Shown: positions 27,657 through 37,638 of the stretch, piece by piece
How positions within the stretch are numbered: position 1 is the first letter of the stretch
Layout: each line of letters begins with the position of its first letter
Source of the DNA: a virus
Length of the DNA stretch: 64,000 nt
Strand: one strand, 5' to 3'
IMG/VR virus record: IMGVR_UViG_3300021962_000068
Location: 1-64,000 of that record
Made by a program: the position numbers and the translations under genes
The notes under the pieces: generated by a model
Told to the model about the DNA's origin: nothing
Databases searched by the model: none
What the model saw: the letters and a program-made list of their open reading frames with translations, nothing else

Positions 27657-28343
27657 TTAGTAGTCTTTGTAGGCTATAATTATTTCTTTGCATAACCTAC
27701 TGCGAACAATGTCGTCGTCTAAAAATCTTACCGTTTCAACACCGTTTATTTTTTGTAATCTATAAAGAGCATCGTCTAAACCACTATCTTTAATATCGCA
27801 CTGATAATCATCGCCGCTAAGTATAATTTTACAATTTTTACCTATACGGCTAAGCAACATTTTAAACTCAGTTTTAGTCATGTTTTGTACTTCATCAACT
27901 AAAACAACACAGTTTTCAAAAGTTAAACCACGCATAAATCCAAGTGGTTTAGGTTGTATAGATCCATTTTTTAGTGCATACTCATAAAACCCTTTGCCAA
28001 GCGTTTTAGTAAATACACTATCAAAAGGTTCTAAGTATGGCAAATATTTTTCTTCTAGAGTACCAGGTAAATACCCTAAACTTTTGCCGACTTCAACATT
28101 AGGTCTAGTAAGATAAATTTTCTCTACTTTTCGGTGAAATAACTGGCTTGCTGCATATGCGGCTGCTACATATGTTTTACCTGTTCCAGCACTGCCTATT
28201 CCAAATATAATATCATTATTATATATAGCTTCTAAATATGTTTCTTGTATATAATTAAGTGGTCTAACTTCCCTAAAATCAACATATTGCTCTGTTGTCT
28301 GCATTTTAGTACGTCTTACTTTTTTACCACTATTTGTAGCCAT
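27657..28343 (-). CDS. phoH: PhoH-family ATPase
   Basis: GSAGTGKT, LGYLPG, FMRGLTF, DEVQN, SGDDYQCD, DIVRS. Confidence 0.95.
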   Translation of the reverse strand: MATNSGKKVRRTKMQTTEQYVDFREVRPLNYIQETYLEAIYNNDIIFGIGSAGTGKTYVAAAYAASQLFHRKVEKIYLTRPNVEVGKSLGYLPGTLEEKYLPYLEPFDSVFTKTLGKGFYEYALKNGSIQPKPLGFMRGLTFENCVVLVDEVQNMTKTEFKMLLSRIGKNCKIILSGDDYQCDIKDSGLDDALYRLQKINGVETVRFLDDDIVRSRLCKEIIIAYKDY

Positions 28344-28355
28344 ATAGTTCCTTAT

Positions 28356-28835
28356 CTAAGCTAGTAATAATAAGGATTCAGCTTCTCTACGACGAGTAAG
28401 GCCTCGCAAAACTCTACCAGCAGCCTTGTTCCATTTTTTAATCTCGGTAGCAGCTTCATTCCAATTTTTTTCATCTACTCGTTTTTTAAGAGTAGATATT
28501 CTATAATTACCAAGACCGCAATTGTAAGCAAAACTTACAATTGCAGCAATTTTTTGAGGTTTTTCGTCTAACAGCCCAGGACTTAGTTTTAATACACCAC
28601 TTAAAAAATAAGTAACGTGTTCACTTAGCGCGTGTTCTGCTTGTTGTAGTGTCCACACCGTATCTTTGCGTATATCCGGTCCAGTACTGCCCCAACCTAT
28701 AGTCCAAGGCTTGCCACCTGTACCTGGGTCAGGATAAGCAGCACAGCCTCCATTGGGTAGTCTACGATGATAACCTTCAAAAGGTTTTATTAAGACATTT
28801 TTGGTAATTTCTACAGCTTCTTCTAAATTGGTCAT
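28356..28835 (-). CDS. endolysin, GH24 lysozyme
   Basis: FEG...AYPDPGTGGKPWTIGWG, SFAYNCG, GLTRRREAE. Confidence 0.92.
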   Translation of the reverse strand: MTNLEEAVEITKNVLIKPFEGYHRRLPNGGCAAYPDPGTGGKPWTIGWGSTGPDIRKDTVWTLQQAEHALSEHVTYFLSGVLKLSPGLLDEKPQKIAAIVSFAYNCGLGNYRISTLKKRVDEKNWNEAATEIKKWNKAAGRVLRGLTRRREAESLLLLA

Positions 28836-28840
28836 AACAA

Positions 28841-29335
28841 CTATTTACCTGTAGTTTTTTCATATTTTTCAATAGAGCGACCAACAAACCAAAAAGTAAG
28901 AATCATATTTAGCATACCAAAATCTTCTACAGTCCAACTATTTTTTACTATTTCTATCCAAGGAACACCCATAATATATGCTGTATACATTACTGTTACT
29001 TTGTATAGAATATACAATCCAAATAGTAGATAAGTAATCATTGGTCTTACAAGTGCGCTTAGTGCTGCTACCCACTTATAGCTGGCTTCACTTGTTTTTC
29101 GCTGTTCTACAAAAGCTTCTTTAATTGCATCTAGTTGGGCAACACTATGATCTACATAACGCTCTTCTACACGAAACTCACCCCGCATTTTTTCTAGGTC
29201 AGTTTGTAGGTTAAACATTTGTAATTCGTGTTGACGTTCGTTCTTTTTATCAAAGAACTTTAATACTTCAGGTGCTAAACGAAAAATACCACCAAAAAGT
29301 GATCCAATTATACCACTTCCTAAAAATTCTAGCAT
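28841..29335 (-). CDS. putative holin / membrane protein
   Basis: ALVRPMITY and ILTFWFVGRSIEK hydrophobic segments; directly upstream of lysozyme; ATG at 29335 after AAGGAG. Confidence 0.7.
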   Translation of the reverse strand: MLEFLGSGIIGSLFGGIFRLAPEVLKFFDKKNERQHELQMFNLQTDLEKMRGEFRVEERYVDHSVAQLDAIKEAFVEQRKTSEASYKWVAALSALVRPMITYLLFGLYILYKVTVMYTAYIMGVPWIEIVKNSWTVEDFGMLNMILTFWFVGRSIEKYEKTTGK

Positions 29336-29345
29336 TTGTACTCCT

Positions 29346-29852
29346 TTATGGTTGAACCGGCCACTGAATAGCAAACGGATCTTGTTGTTGTGTAAGGTCC
29401 CTTAATGCTTGACGATATTGAGCCCAAGCAGTATTTATAGCTACACTAGTATCAGCAGCACGAATAGACATCCAGTCGGTGTCTTTTAACATCTGATCTC
29501 TTTGTTGTCTAATATTTATCCACTGCTCTTCACTACGTCTAGCTAGATAAGCTTCTTCATGCTGAGCTTTTGTGGTTACATTACCCTCTTCGTCTGTCGT
29601 ATCGGAGAACATATCTACAACATCGTACTTCTCTACCCAGTTACCATTGGCGTCTTGTTCAACACCATTACGACGCACTGTTTTGAGAGGATCGGTGTTG
29701 GAAGGTTGAGGTGAAGCCATTACTGGATCTACACCTAAAAAATCAAATACTGAATCGTTCCAGACTTTAGGTAACGATGTATTGGGATTACGACGGCGTA
29801 ACTCACCTTGTGAGACTAGTTCGCCGGATTCTCTAATTCTAAATTCTGCCAT
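29346..29852 (-). CDS. tail fibre assembly chaperone
   Basis: C-terminal IRQQRDQMLKDTDW...WAQYRQALRDLTQQ...WPVQP. Confidence 0.8.
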   Translation of the reverse strand: MAEFRIRESGELVSQGELRRRNPNTSLPKVWNDSVFDFLGVDPVMASPQPSNTDPLKTVRRNGVEQDANGNWVEKYDVVDMFSDTTDEEGNVTTKAQHEEAYLARRSEEQWINIRQQRDQMLKDTDWMSIRAADTSVAINTAWAQYRQALRDLTQQQDPFAIQWPVQP

Positions 29853-29904
29853 TTTTAACTCCTTGAATAGTCGGTTTAGTAGATTGAAATTCTCTACTGT
29901 TTAT

Positions 29905-30570
29905 TTATGCTATGGCTAAGTAGATGTAAGTTGCACTGGACACATTAACGTTTGTGGCAGCTACCTGATTTACGATAAACCCTGAAGATACCGGGTCAAC
30001 GGAATCGTCTGTGGTGACTTCAGCGGCATTAGTATTTAGACTTAGATGTGGATCGTTAGCCGATACAATACCTCGAGCTGTATCCCAAACGTACCAGTCG
30101 CCAGTCGAATCCGTGCGCTTGATTAGAACGAACCTCGCCCCTGACGTAAACCCGCAGTTAATGGTTTGATTAGTACCATTACCGGTGTATGAGCCGACTT
30201 TTGAAATACCGGGGAGCGTGGCGAATAGGTATGTCACGTAGTTTTCAGCACTGGTATTCATACCAAAACCGATGGTGCTATCAGCAGTAAACGTAGAGGA
30301 ACTAACTGAAAAACTGTCTCCTTGTTTTGCTGTGGTTTCATTAAGTCTTAAAAACCCCGTCATGGTGGATGCTATCCCATTACCCTGAAACACTGTCCAG
30401 CCTCGGGTAGACCTCGACTTATTAATTAAAAGTTCCGGTATAACACCAAGATTGTGGTTGATTACTTGCGTACCGGGACCATTACCCGTATAACAAACCA
30501 CATCGAAGAAGCCGGGGGCGCGTTTGAAGAAATAGTTGATATATAAAATCGTATCTATATTACAAAAACC
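29905..30570 (-). CDS. C-terminal part of fibre/adhesin-like protein, in the -1 frame of the upstream ORF
   Basis: Frame is open from about 30570 (GFCNIDTILYINYFFKRAPGFFDVVCYTGNG...) and repeats the FRKAPKFFDVVTWTG motif of the upstream ORF. Confidence 0.7.
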   Translation of the reverse strand, partial: GFCNIDTILYINYFFKRAPGFFDVVCYTGNGPGTQVINHNLGVIPELLINKSRSTRGWTVFQGNGIASTMTGFLRLNETTAKQGDSFSVSSSTFTADSTIGFGMNTSAENYVTYLFATLPGISKVGSYTGNGTNQTINCGFTSGARFVLIKRTDSTGDWYVWDTARGIVSANDPHLSLNTNAAEVTTDDSVDPVSSGFIVNQVAATNVNVSSATYIYLAIA

Positions 30571-31871
30571 AACCCATCCGCCCCTATTACCACCCCGTCC
30601 ATTACATCGAATTGTGTGAGGGACGTTAAGCCGGTACCGCTTGTACTCCCAGAGGATTCTGCGTCTGTGGAAGAATAACCCCCATAGGTATTAGTAAGCA
30701 GAAACTTTTTAGCGCCTCGCAATCTGTCGTGGAAAGCGTTGAGAGGGTAGGATGTGTGGTTTCTACCTCGGGTCATTACCATGTCAGTCGTGACCCCTGT
30801 TCCCGTCAACGCCGTGGTCGCCCCATTCCCTGTGCGAGCAATCTGACCAAACACCTCCGTAGCGCTCTCCGGCGGCTTCATCGGGCGGCGGATGGCGATG
30901 TAGATGTAGGTGTTACTAGGAGACGCTGCAAACTTGAAACCAGTTGCGGTTAAATCAGTTTCTGACTCTGTGCCTTCGGCTCCAGAGGTATTCGCTAATA
31001 ACTTACGATTTGCTGAATCTACGGTTAGACCACGCATTGAATCTAAAATTTCCCAGTTTGTTCCTGACCCTGTATTTTTATACATAATCCACTGCGGCTC
31101 ATACCCTAGATTCACCGTAGCGTTACCACTACCATCCGTCGTAAACGACCCACACGAAATCACATTATCCGTGCCTGACTCACCAAATCCACCGGCGTTG
31201 TGGGCGAAGAGGTAGGCAACGTAAGATGTGCTGCTGGCATTTACGCCAGAATCTACACCCAGAGAAAACACTGTTGAAGTTGGGTCTGTGTTGTTCCAAT
31301 ACGGTGAGGTGTCAACTACGTTTGTCAGATTAAGTCGCAAAGCTCCAGTATTGCCAACGCTGCGATGATACACATACCAACTGCCAGCACCGTCTGTGCT
31401 TTTAACGATAATACAGCCGGGAACGGAGCCAAGATTGTGCGAGATTGTCCTCGCTGTCATGTTCCCCGTCCACGTCACCACATCAAAAAACTTCGGAGCC
31501 TTGCGGAAGGTCCATGAGGCGTAAGTTGTTCCAGAGTTATTGTGGTTAATGGAAGAATCTAATGTAAAACCTGTTGTGTTAAATGCTGTGTAATTTGTTA
31601 AAGGGCCTTGTTGTGAGATAGTATCATTGGTCGTTAACCAATAATCACTACCCCTTTCGGTGTCTGTAATGCGGTGTCCATATGTGCTTGCTGACCTTTC
31701 TTTAGTCCAAACCAACCCACCTTCACCCGCGAGGTCAATCCCGTTGGTGATGGTCTGGGTGCTGCTGTTGCCGGTATAAAGGTAGGTCGAAAAAACGTCC
31801 TCGACGTATAGCGCAGAACCAGCAGCACCCGCGTTCCCCGCAGCGGCTTGAAGTATTTTAGCTAATGTCAT
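30555..31871 (-). CDS. fibre/adhesin-like virion protein, N-terminal part
   Basis: ATG at 31871 overlaps upstream TGA; repeated YTGN/WTGN, HNLG, YVAYLFA modules. Confidence 0.75.
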   Translation of the reverse strand: MTLAKILQAAAGNAGAAGSALYVEDVFSTYLYTGNSSTQTITNGIDLAGEGGLVWTKERSASTYGHRITDTERGSDYWLTTNDTISQQGPLTNYTAFNTTGFTLDSSINHNNSGTTYASWTFRKAPKFFDVVTWTGNMTARTISHNLGSVPGCIIVKSTDGAGSWYVYHRSVGNTGALRLNLTNVVDTSPYWNNTDPTSTVFSLGVDSGVNASSTSYVAYLFAHNAGGFGESGTDNVISCGSFTTDGSGNATVNLGYEPQWIMYKNTGSGTNWEILDSMRGLTVDSANRKLLANTSGAEGTESETDLTATGFKFAASPSNTYIYIAIRRPMKPPESATEVFGQIARTGNGATTALTGTGVTTDMVMTRGRNHTSYPLNAFHDRLRGAKKFLLTNTYGGYSSTDAESSGSTSGTGLTSLTQFDVMDGVVIGADGLVFVI

Positions 31872-34800
31872 GCTGCGCTTCCTACATATGCTCCGAAAAG
31901 AGTGCTGCCAATTTTCCAAAATATTAAAGTATCGTCTGCAGTTAAAGTTGGTGCAGTATTGCCTGCTGAAGTTACCCAAGTAATTGTAGGCCAATTAATT
32001 GTATAAGTTGATCCGCCTGTTAATCGTAAAGTAACGCTTTGACCCGTTGATAAATTATCTGTAAAAGTTATAGTTCCAGCAGCGTATACATATACAATTG
32101 TTCCTAAACTTGATAATAATGATAAGGTACCACTACTAGCAAGACCTGCTACACCTTCGGTAAATCCTCCGGTTGCTGTTACTGCTCCTGTAATTGCAGT
32201 ATTAGAATAGATATTTACTGTACCTGTTGATCCACTCACACTTGAACCGATGTTAATATTAGTAATGGAACCAGATGCTCCACTTCCGCCTATATTAATG
32301 GTTTTTGTAACACCACTAGCATTTGCACCTGTAGCAATATTAAGCGTATGAGCAGATGCAGACCTATCAATGGTCATAGTTCCAGTAGTAGCTGTGCCGC
32401 CTAGTGTAAATACTCCACTCGATAAACCGGTTGCTATATTAAATGCACCACTAGAAGTACTTGTACCTACAGATAATGTACTGCTGCCGCTTTGACCATT
32501 AAATGTTGGTGCATATGCTGCTCCAAAATATGCAGCACCCAATTGACGAATTTCACCGTTAACTTTTAAGTTTCTATTAACAATTAAGCTATTTTTAATA
32601 GAGCATAATTGCGATTCAACGGAAAACTTATTTCCTGTAAATTTAGTTGTTGCGGAATTAATTGTTAGTTCAAAAACTCGGTCGGTATTATAATCTGATA
32701 CCCATGCTTTACCTACCGCTTCATTAACATACAGTCCACTCATGCCACCTATAGTATATAATGTAGTTTCATCTGGTTGCACATAATATAAGTTTACATA
32801 ATCATTAAAACTTGCAGTTGCAACACTCCAAGGTGTTGACATTGTAAATTCTGCGATTCTATTATATGTTGTTCCTGCAACCCAAAATTTAGTGCCATCA
32901 GAACTAAAAGATAAGGCTTGCGGGCCGGTTTCATATGCACTAATTGAATACACCGTTGAATATGTAGCAGTGGAAATATCCCAAGCTGTTGATAAATTAT
33001 ATTCATTTACATCATCACCGGAGGTGCCTATAACATACATTTTTGTGCCGTCTGGTTTAAAATAAACGGCATTGGGATCTGATTCTTGAGATGTAACTGT
33101 AAATGTTCTTGTGTATGATGCAGATGTAATATCCCATGCTGAAGAAAGAGTATATTGATAAATGTTATCCCCAGTTGTACCTGCTACATACATTTCTGTT
33201 CCGTCTGGTTTAAAATCTAAACCATATGGTGAGCCTTCTTGAGATGCTATTGAAAATACTACAGGAGAACCAGCAGTAGATACTGACCATGCTGTGCTTA
33301 ATGTATATTGTGTAATATCATTTCCTGAATTACCAACAATATACATTTTTGTACCATCGGAACTAAATGCTAAATCTCTTGGCTCACTCTCATCTGCTGC
33401 TACTGAGAAATTATCGCTTACATACCAGGATTCAATTCCAGTAGCTGCTTCAATAGAACCTTGAGCACCTATTACAGATAAACTTCCTGCATCAATTTGA
33501 CCTGCTACCCCTAGTTTACCAGCAACATATCCATTTTGCCCTAGATATAGATTTCCAGTTTTTAATACAACATTGTTTGTATTGCCACTATCGCCACGAA
33601 TTTCAAATCCGTCTTTAGCTGACCAATAATTTGTTAGTGTTTCATTTGTGCTGTCATTATAATATAAAATAGCATCATCATTACCAAAACCTATGCTTGT
33701 TGCAAATTTTGGATTTAATGTCCAGTTAGCAATCGTTGTGGTTGTTACTGCTGTTGATGCTGGTTGATAATAGGATCCTTGTTGCCCGTCTAATGTGTCA
33801 GCATCTAAGCCAGAACCAGAACCATCATTATTAGAAGTCCAATAGGTACCGCTGTATCCATCTATATTTGTGGCTGTGGTGGCGTTACCAGATAAACTGC
33901 CGCTAAATGTCGTTGCAGATAGAACACCTGCCCGCGAAAAATCAAATGATCCTGTAGTAACGGAGTCTGTAACTAATATTGAAAACTCTTTAGGATTCGA
34001 GGATGTCGATACTGAAATAAGTCTATTGCCGCTTGCGTTCCCATAAAACGATACATATTGGCTTGCGCTCCTCCCAAACTTCGTGAGAGTCGGGATCGTG
34101 CCATCCGCACTTTCATTCGACGCAATCAGCCCATTAGTAAATGTTGTTACGCCAGATATCGTTTGCGTTGTGTTTGTATAAACACCATTTGTTACTGTAC
34201 TTGCGTTACCAGCAATATTCATTGACTGGCCCGACAGTAATGCCGCCGCTGCCGCTGGTGTGTATCCACGCCCAAAACTATCGGTTCCGTTTGTACCCGT
34301 GAAGGTCCCCATGCCAGAGGCAAGAGCATTTGCAGGTAACGGAAAAGTCCCTGCCGCGGTGAAATAAACAGCATATATGTACCCGTTGGCATCTCGCGCC
34401 ACGACCTTACTTGCTGTCGCCGTGGTAGTCGCATCAACTGCCCATGTTGTTGCCGCAGAGCCGTTGAAGTTGCTGCCTGTCAGGTATGAACCACGAGTGA
34501 GCGTTGCACTTGTTGCACTTGCTGTGGTAGCTGTCGCAGCGTTGCCGGTAATGCTAATGCCCCACGTGCCGGAAGCACCTGTGCCTGTTAGTGTGGGGGC
34601 GTAGGAGTTGTAGTTATCCGAGCGAAGAACCGTGTTCCCTTTGTAACTAAATGTATTTAAGTCAGCGTAAAGTGTGGTCGTCCATGTGATTGGGTCGCCA
34701 GCGGATTTACCTACCCCACTTGCTGAACGAGTGAAAAAAGCACCTCCAGCACCACCATTGTTAGCAGTGAGGCTCGCGGCCGCTGCATCTTCATTCCCGT

Positions 34801-37585
34801 TGGTAAAAGTGGGAGAGTTGCCCCCAAAAGTATTCCAATACCAGTGAATACGACCTGTACCATCCTGTTGCATCCAAGCTGAGTTACCGCTGGCTGTAGT
34901 GCGGTTAATGTAGTTATCGACGGTTGTTGTACCGGTAACAGATAACGTACTAGAGAAAGATCCTGTTGTTGCGTTAACCGTACCGCCAGATTGGTTGGTA
35001 GCGGTAGTGGCTGTCGTGGCGTTGCCGCTCAAGCTCGCAGTAATAGTTCCTGCCGAGAAATTTCCTGATGCGTCACGCGCCACAACCTTGGAGGCTGTGT
35101 TGGCCGAGGTTGCATCTACAGCAATTGTTGGGCTCCAACCTTCACCTGCTGTACCAGTAACTAAAATATAACTACCGGCGGTATTACCAGCAACATAGTT
35201 ACCAGTTGTGTCTGTACCTAATGCAACTGAGTTAGCTGCTACTGTAGCAGTTAATGTTACGTTAGCACTACCGTCAATAGATACGCTACCTGTTAGGTCA
35301 CCGCCTAAAGTGATTGTACGACCAGTGGCCCAAGCATTTGCTGTACTTGCATTACCAATTAAATCACCGCGGAAATTAGTAGCTTGAATGTCTCCCAATG
35401 TTCCACTGAATACTTCAGATGAATTAGTTGCATCAGGTATGAATGTTAAGTAACCTGTACTATCATCAAATCCAAAGAAGCCGACTTTAGCTGCTGTACC
35501 ATTGTGCCAACGGAATTCAACACCGCGATCTTTGTTATCATCAACTGTTGGAGCAGTATCGCCTCCTAATGTTAATATTGGGTCGTCTAATGTAACTATT
35601 GTACTATTAACTGTAGTTGTTGTGCCATTAACTGTTAGGTTACCACCAACTGCTAGTTCACCTGCAATAGTAACCTTACCAGCACTATCAATTCGCACTC
35701 GCTCAGTCGGCGTACTAGCACCATCAGCGGTGGTAGAGAATACCAACCGTCCCGGCATATCGTTTGTGCCGGGGGTGCCGTCTACTTCAGCCTCAATCCT
35801 TGCTGCACGAACAAAAGACGTTCCATCAGAACCTTGAAAATCCAACAATCCCAAGCGGTCATTAATGGCAACAATACCGCCTGTTTGAGTCCCAACAGTA
35901 CCAGACTTGGATTTTGCAAATACGATTCCGCCAGCAACAGATGTTCCGCTTGTTGACCAATTTGAGATAGCAAAAGTTGAATTGTTTGCACCAGAAGTAG
36001 AGGCGTATTGAAGTCTTGTTGATGCAGCCGTTCCTGTTTGTGGACTGATAACATCAAAAGTGGTGGTGTTGCCAAAAATAGTATTTCCTGATGAGTCAAT
36101 CACAACCGGGGTCGAATCAGGGTTCGCTGAATCTTCAACCACCAGCGCATTACCAGCACCAGTCTGGGTGATTCGCAGCGCGTCGGATGAGCTATTGACA
36201 CCGATTGCAACATTGCCAGCAATCGCATTGGCATCTTGATATGCCAGATTTCCAAGATACTGGTTCAGCGGGATTTCGTTTGGTGCGGTGCCGAGGTCGT
36301 ATTGGCTAACTACAAGGTACTGAGTTCCGCCGACTGTTTCGCTGATCGTGCCATCCACCACCAGCTTGGAACTGTTGGTGTTTATGGTGCTTGTGCCGTC
36401 ACGCACGAACACTGTGCCAGAGGAGTCAATGCGAATTCTCTCGGTCGGCGTATTCGCGCCATCAGCGGTTGTACTGAATACAAGCCTTCCCGGCATATCG
36501 TTCGTGCCGGGGGTGCCGTCTACGGCTGCTTGGATTGCCGCCCCGTATGCGTAGGTTGCGCCATCGTCACCAAGAAAACTCAACTGCCCAAGAACATCGT
36601 TGTTTTGAACAATGCCGGTGCCGTTTATGGTCGTTGCTCGTGATTTATAAAATAACGTCGGAGCCGACGACACATCATTGCTAAATCTTGCTTGTACAAA
36701 TCCAGAAGTGCTTCCAGACGTACCTAAAATCTGAAAAGAGTTGGTTACTCCATTAAGAATGGAGTTTGCAGAAGTAAAACCAATAACAACTTTTCCGTTT
36801 CCATCAATCACAACCGGCGTCGAATCAGGATTCGCTGAATCCTCCACCATCAGCGCATTGCCTGTCCCGGTTTGGGTGATCCGCAGGGCGTCGCTGCTGG
36901 AGTTGACGCTGATAACAGAGGGGCCTTCCGTATTTAATGTAGTAAACGAGCCAGTTGATGGAGTTATAGCCCCAATAGGTGTAGAATTAATTGAAGCAGC
37001 ACTAAAAGATCCACTTAAATTTAAAGTATTTGACCAGGTAGCGTCTATACCGTTAGTAGTTAGTACTTCACCTGCGTGATTAGTCCTGTCTGGAACAAAG
37101 TCGTAACCATCAATTGTAGTAGTAACATTTCTCCAATTTAATATTTCGATCAAATCATCTAAATTTGCAGGAGATGTTAGTACCACTGTATCATTAACTA
37201 TGCTAAAATCATTATTAGTTAATTTAATTCCATTTAAATATACGTCAACAGTACTACTAGGGCTAGGCACACTAAAAGTGGTCTGGCTAGCTGTAGCAGT
37301 ATATGCATATTTAGTATATATTGCATATGCATACAATGAATCATTATTTACCCAGCTTGCAGTAGTACCGTCAGTAGACAGTACTTTGCCACTATTATTA
37401 GTTTGGTCTGGTAAAAAAGCCTCAGTCTGACTAATACTTGGAAAATAGTTAAGTGTATTAGTATTAGTTCTAAAATATAGTTTACCATCATTATAATTTA
37501 TAGCTAATTCACCGTATTCTAAATTATTAGGATCTGGCTCTAATCCACTAACACTAGATTTTTTTAGTTTAATAACTGTTGACAT
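31868..37585 (-). CDS. large tail fibre protein (1905 aa) with internal repeats and beta-propeller-like segment
   Basis: N-terminal GELAINYNDGKLY, Gly/Ser/Thr-rich fibre repeats, GLDADTLDG, four DGTKMY-type repeats. Confidence 0.82.
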   Translation of the reverse strand: MSTVIKLKKSSVSGLEPDPNNLEYGELAINYNDGKLYFRTNTNTLNYFPSISQTEAFLPDQTNNSGKVLSTDGTTASWVNNDSLYAYAIYTKYAYTATASQTTFSVPSPSSTVDVYLNGIKLTNNDFSIVNDTVVLTSPANLDDLIEILNWRNVTTTIDGYDFVPDRTNHAGEVLTTNGIDATWSNTLNLSGSFSAASINSTPIGAITPSTGSFTTLNTEGPSVISVNSSSDALRITQTGTGNALMVEDSANPDSTPVVIDGNGKVVIGFTSANSILNGVTNSFQILGTSGSTSGFVQARFSNDVSSAPTLFYKSRATTINGTGIVQNNDVLGQLSFLGDDGATYAYGAAIQAAVDGTPGTNDMPGRLVFSTTADGANTPTERIRIDSSGTVFVRDGTSTINTNSSKLVVDGTISETVGGTQYLVVSQYDLGTAPNEIPLNQYLGNLAYQDANAIAGNVAIGVNSSSDALRITQTGAGNALVVEDSANPDSTPVVIDSSGNTIFGNTTTFDVISPQTGTAASTRLQYASTSGANNSTFAISNWSTSGTSVAGGIVFAKSKSGTVGTQTGGIVAINDRLGLLDFQGSDGTSFVRAARIEAEVDGTPGTNDMPGRLVFSTTADGASTPTERVRIDSAGKVTIAGELAVGGNLTVNGTTTTVNSTIVTLDDPILTLGGDTAPTVDDNKDRGVEFRWHNGTAAKVGFFGFDDSTGYLTFIPDATNSSEVFSGTLGDIQATNFRGDLIGNASTANAWATGRTITLGGDLTGSVSIDGSANVTLTATVAANSVALGTDTTGNYVAGNTAGSYILVTGTAGEGWSPTIAVDATSANTASKVVARDASGNFSAGTITASLSGNATTATTATNQSGGTVNATTGSFSSTLSVTGTTTVDNYINRTTASGNSAWMQQDGTGRIHWYWNTFGGNSPTFTNGNEDAAAASLTANNGGAGGAFFTRSASGVGKSAGDPITWTTTLYADLNTFSYKGNTVLRSDNYNSYAPTLTGTGASGTWGISITGNAATATTASATSATLTRGSYLTGSNFNGSAATTWAVDATTTATASKVVARDANGYIYAVYFTAAGTFPLPANALASGMGTFTGTNGTDSFGRGYTPAAAAALLSGQSMNIAGNASTVTNGVYTNTTQTISGVTTFTNGLIASNESADGTIPTLTKFGRSASQYVSFYGNASGNRLISVSTSSNPKEFSILVTDSVTTGSFDFSRAGVLSATTFSGSLSGNATTATNIDGYSGTYWTSNNDGSGSGLDADTLDGQQGSYYQPASTAVTTTTIANWTLNPKFATSIGFGNDDAILYYNDSTNETLTNYWSAKDGFEIRGDSGNTNNVVLKTGNLYLGQNGYVAGKLGVAGQIDAGSLSVIGAQGSIEAATGIESWYVSDNFSVAADESEPRDLAFSSDGTKMYIVGNSGNDITQYTLSTAWSVSTAGSPVVFSIASQEGSPYGLDFKPDGTEMYVAGTTGDNIYQYTLSSAWDITSASYTRTFTVTSQESDPNAVYFKPDGTKMYVIGTSGDDVNEYNLSTAWDISTATYSTVYSISAYETGPQALSFSSDGTKFWVAGTTYNRIAEFTMSTPWSVATASFNDYVNLYYVQPDETTLYTIGGMSGLYVNEAVGKAWVSDYNTDRVFELTINSATTKFTGNKFSVESQLCSIKNSLIVNRNLKVNGEIRQLGAAYFGAAYAPTFNGQSGSSTLSVGTSTSSGAFNIATGLSSGVFTLGGTATTGTMTIDRSASAHTLNIATGANASGVTKTINIGGSGASGSITNINIGSSVSGSTGTVNIYSNTAITGAVTATGGFTEGVAGLASSGTLSLLSSLGTIVYVYAAGTITFTDNLSTGQSVTLRLTGGSTYTINWPTITWVTSAGNTAPTLTADDTLIFWKIGSTLFGAYVGSAA
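35683..36907 (-). repeat. diverged internal duplication in tail fibre (about 36425-36907 and 35683-36200)
   Basis: VNSSSDALRITQTG...EDSANPDSTPVVID and VDGTPGTNDMPGRLVFSTTADGA..PTER each occur twice. Confidence 0.85.
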
Positions 37586-37638
37586 ATTTTTTCCTAAAAA
37601 GGTAGTATAAACAGCCTAAAAAGACTGCTAATAAAAAA

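Noticed and set aside
31872-31994. Upstream extension of the adhesin ORF in the track
   Set aside because: Overlaps the fibre gene by over 120 nt; the ATG at 31871 gives normal ATGA coupling.
35683-36907. DGR template/variable repeat pair
   Set aside because: Differences between copies are mostly synonymous and not adenine-specific; no reverse transcriptase in the window.
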